NCBI RefSeq assembly: GCF_900232105.1
Contig: NZ_LT934425.1
Location: 2,760,001 to 2,792,000 of the forward strand
Source of the DNA: Candidatus Kuenenia stuttgartensis
Lineage (GTDB): Bacteria; Planctomycetota; Brocadiia; Brocadiales; Brocadiaceae
Direction: 5' to 3'
Length of the DNA stretch: 32,000 bases
Shown: piece after piece, positions 31,925-32,000 of the stretch
How positions within the stretch are numbered: position 1 is the stretch's first letter
How the letters are laid out: every line of letters starts with the position of its first letter
Made by a program: the position numbers and the translations under genes
Notes under the pieces: generated by a model
Told to the model about the DNA's origin: nothing
Seen by the model: only the letters and a program-made list of their open reading frames with translations
The model's database searches: none

Positions 31925-32000
31925 ATGAAAGCCATTGCAGTTGTACCGGGTCGGCCAGATTCATTGCATATACGGGAGATACCCAAACCAATGGTGACTG
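31925..32000 (+). CDS. Start of a medium-chain (zinc-type) dehydrogenase, glucose/threonine dehydrogenase-like; truncated by the window end
   Basis: ATG 31925 gives MKAIAVVPGRPDSLHIREIPKPMVT.., a typical MDR N-terminus. Only 25 codons are visible. Confidence 0.45.
   Translation, partial: MKAIAVVPGRPDSLHIREIPKPMVT

Noticed and set aside
1-32000. Search for tRNA, rRNA, tmRNA or riboswitch-like elements
   Set aside because: No cloverleaf-compatible sequences (T-loop GTTCGAATC-type boxes with matching acceptor stems) or rRNA-like tracts were noticed by eye. This is a weak negative that should be confirmed with tRNAscan-SE or Infernal.

Overview
The window comes from a diderm bacterium, judged from a TonB-dependent receptor, DsbD, lipobox lipoproteins and Sec/Tat signals. 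The taxon cannot be determined from the sequence alone, and the DNA looks moderately AT-rich by eye (not computed). There are about 20 credible protein genes. (i) A minus-strand outer-membrane cluster holds a secreted beta-helix/Ig-like protein, a TPR-like lipoprotein and a TonB-dependent receptor. (ii) A cNMP-binding protein and a Cache-HAMP-PAS hybrid histidine kinase follow. (iii) An ECF sigma factor, a zinc-finger (HxxxCxxC) anti-sigma factor and a Sec-exported 119-aa peptide built from nine (E/D)GKC(G/S) repeats come next. These are followed by a Tat-signal small subunit, a GMC flavoprotein oxidoreductase and a GH15 hydrolase. (iv) A TVP38/DedA membrane protein is translationally coupled to a Lpd/MerA-like disulfide oxidoreductase. 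(v) A Tyr/His-rich mini-lipoprotein sits directly upstream of DsbD. (vi) The right end holds transaldolase, a decayed class-I FBPase, an AhpD/CMD-like protein, a GH63-like glucosidase and the start of an MDR dehydrogenase. Intergenic DNA is saturated with at least five MITE/REP-like repeat families, several nested inside each other. There is also an IS4-family IS with an 11-bp TSD nested in a MITE, and an IS110-family IS inserted in a REP-like hairpin, with a long 3' non-coding arm that looks like a bridge/seek RNA. The best candidate for something new is the EGKCG-repeat peptide locus. It has sigma/anti-sigma control but no DUF692/DUF2063 maturation genes anywhere in the window, and a Tat-exported flavoenzyme pair sits next door. 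No rRNA, tRNA or CRISPR array was seen.
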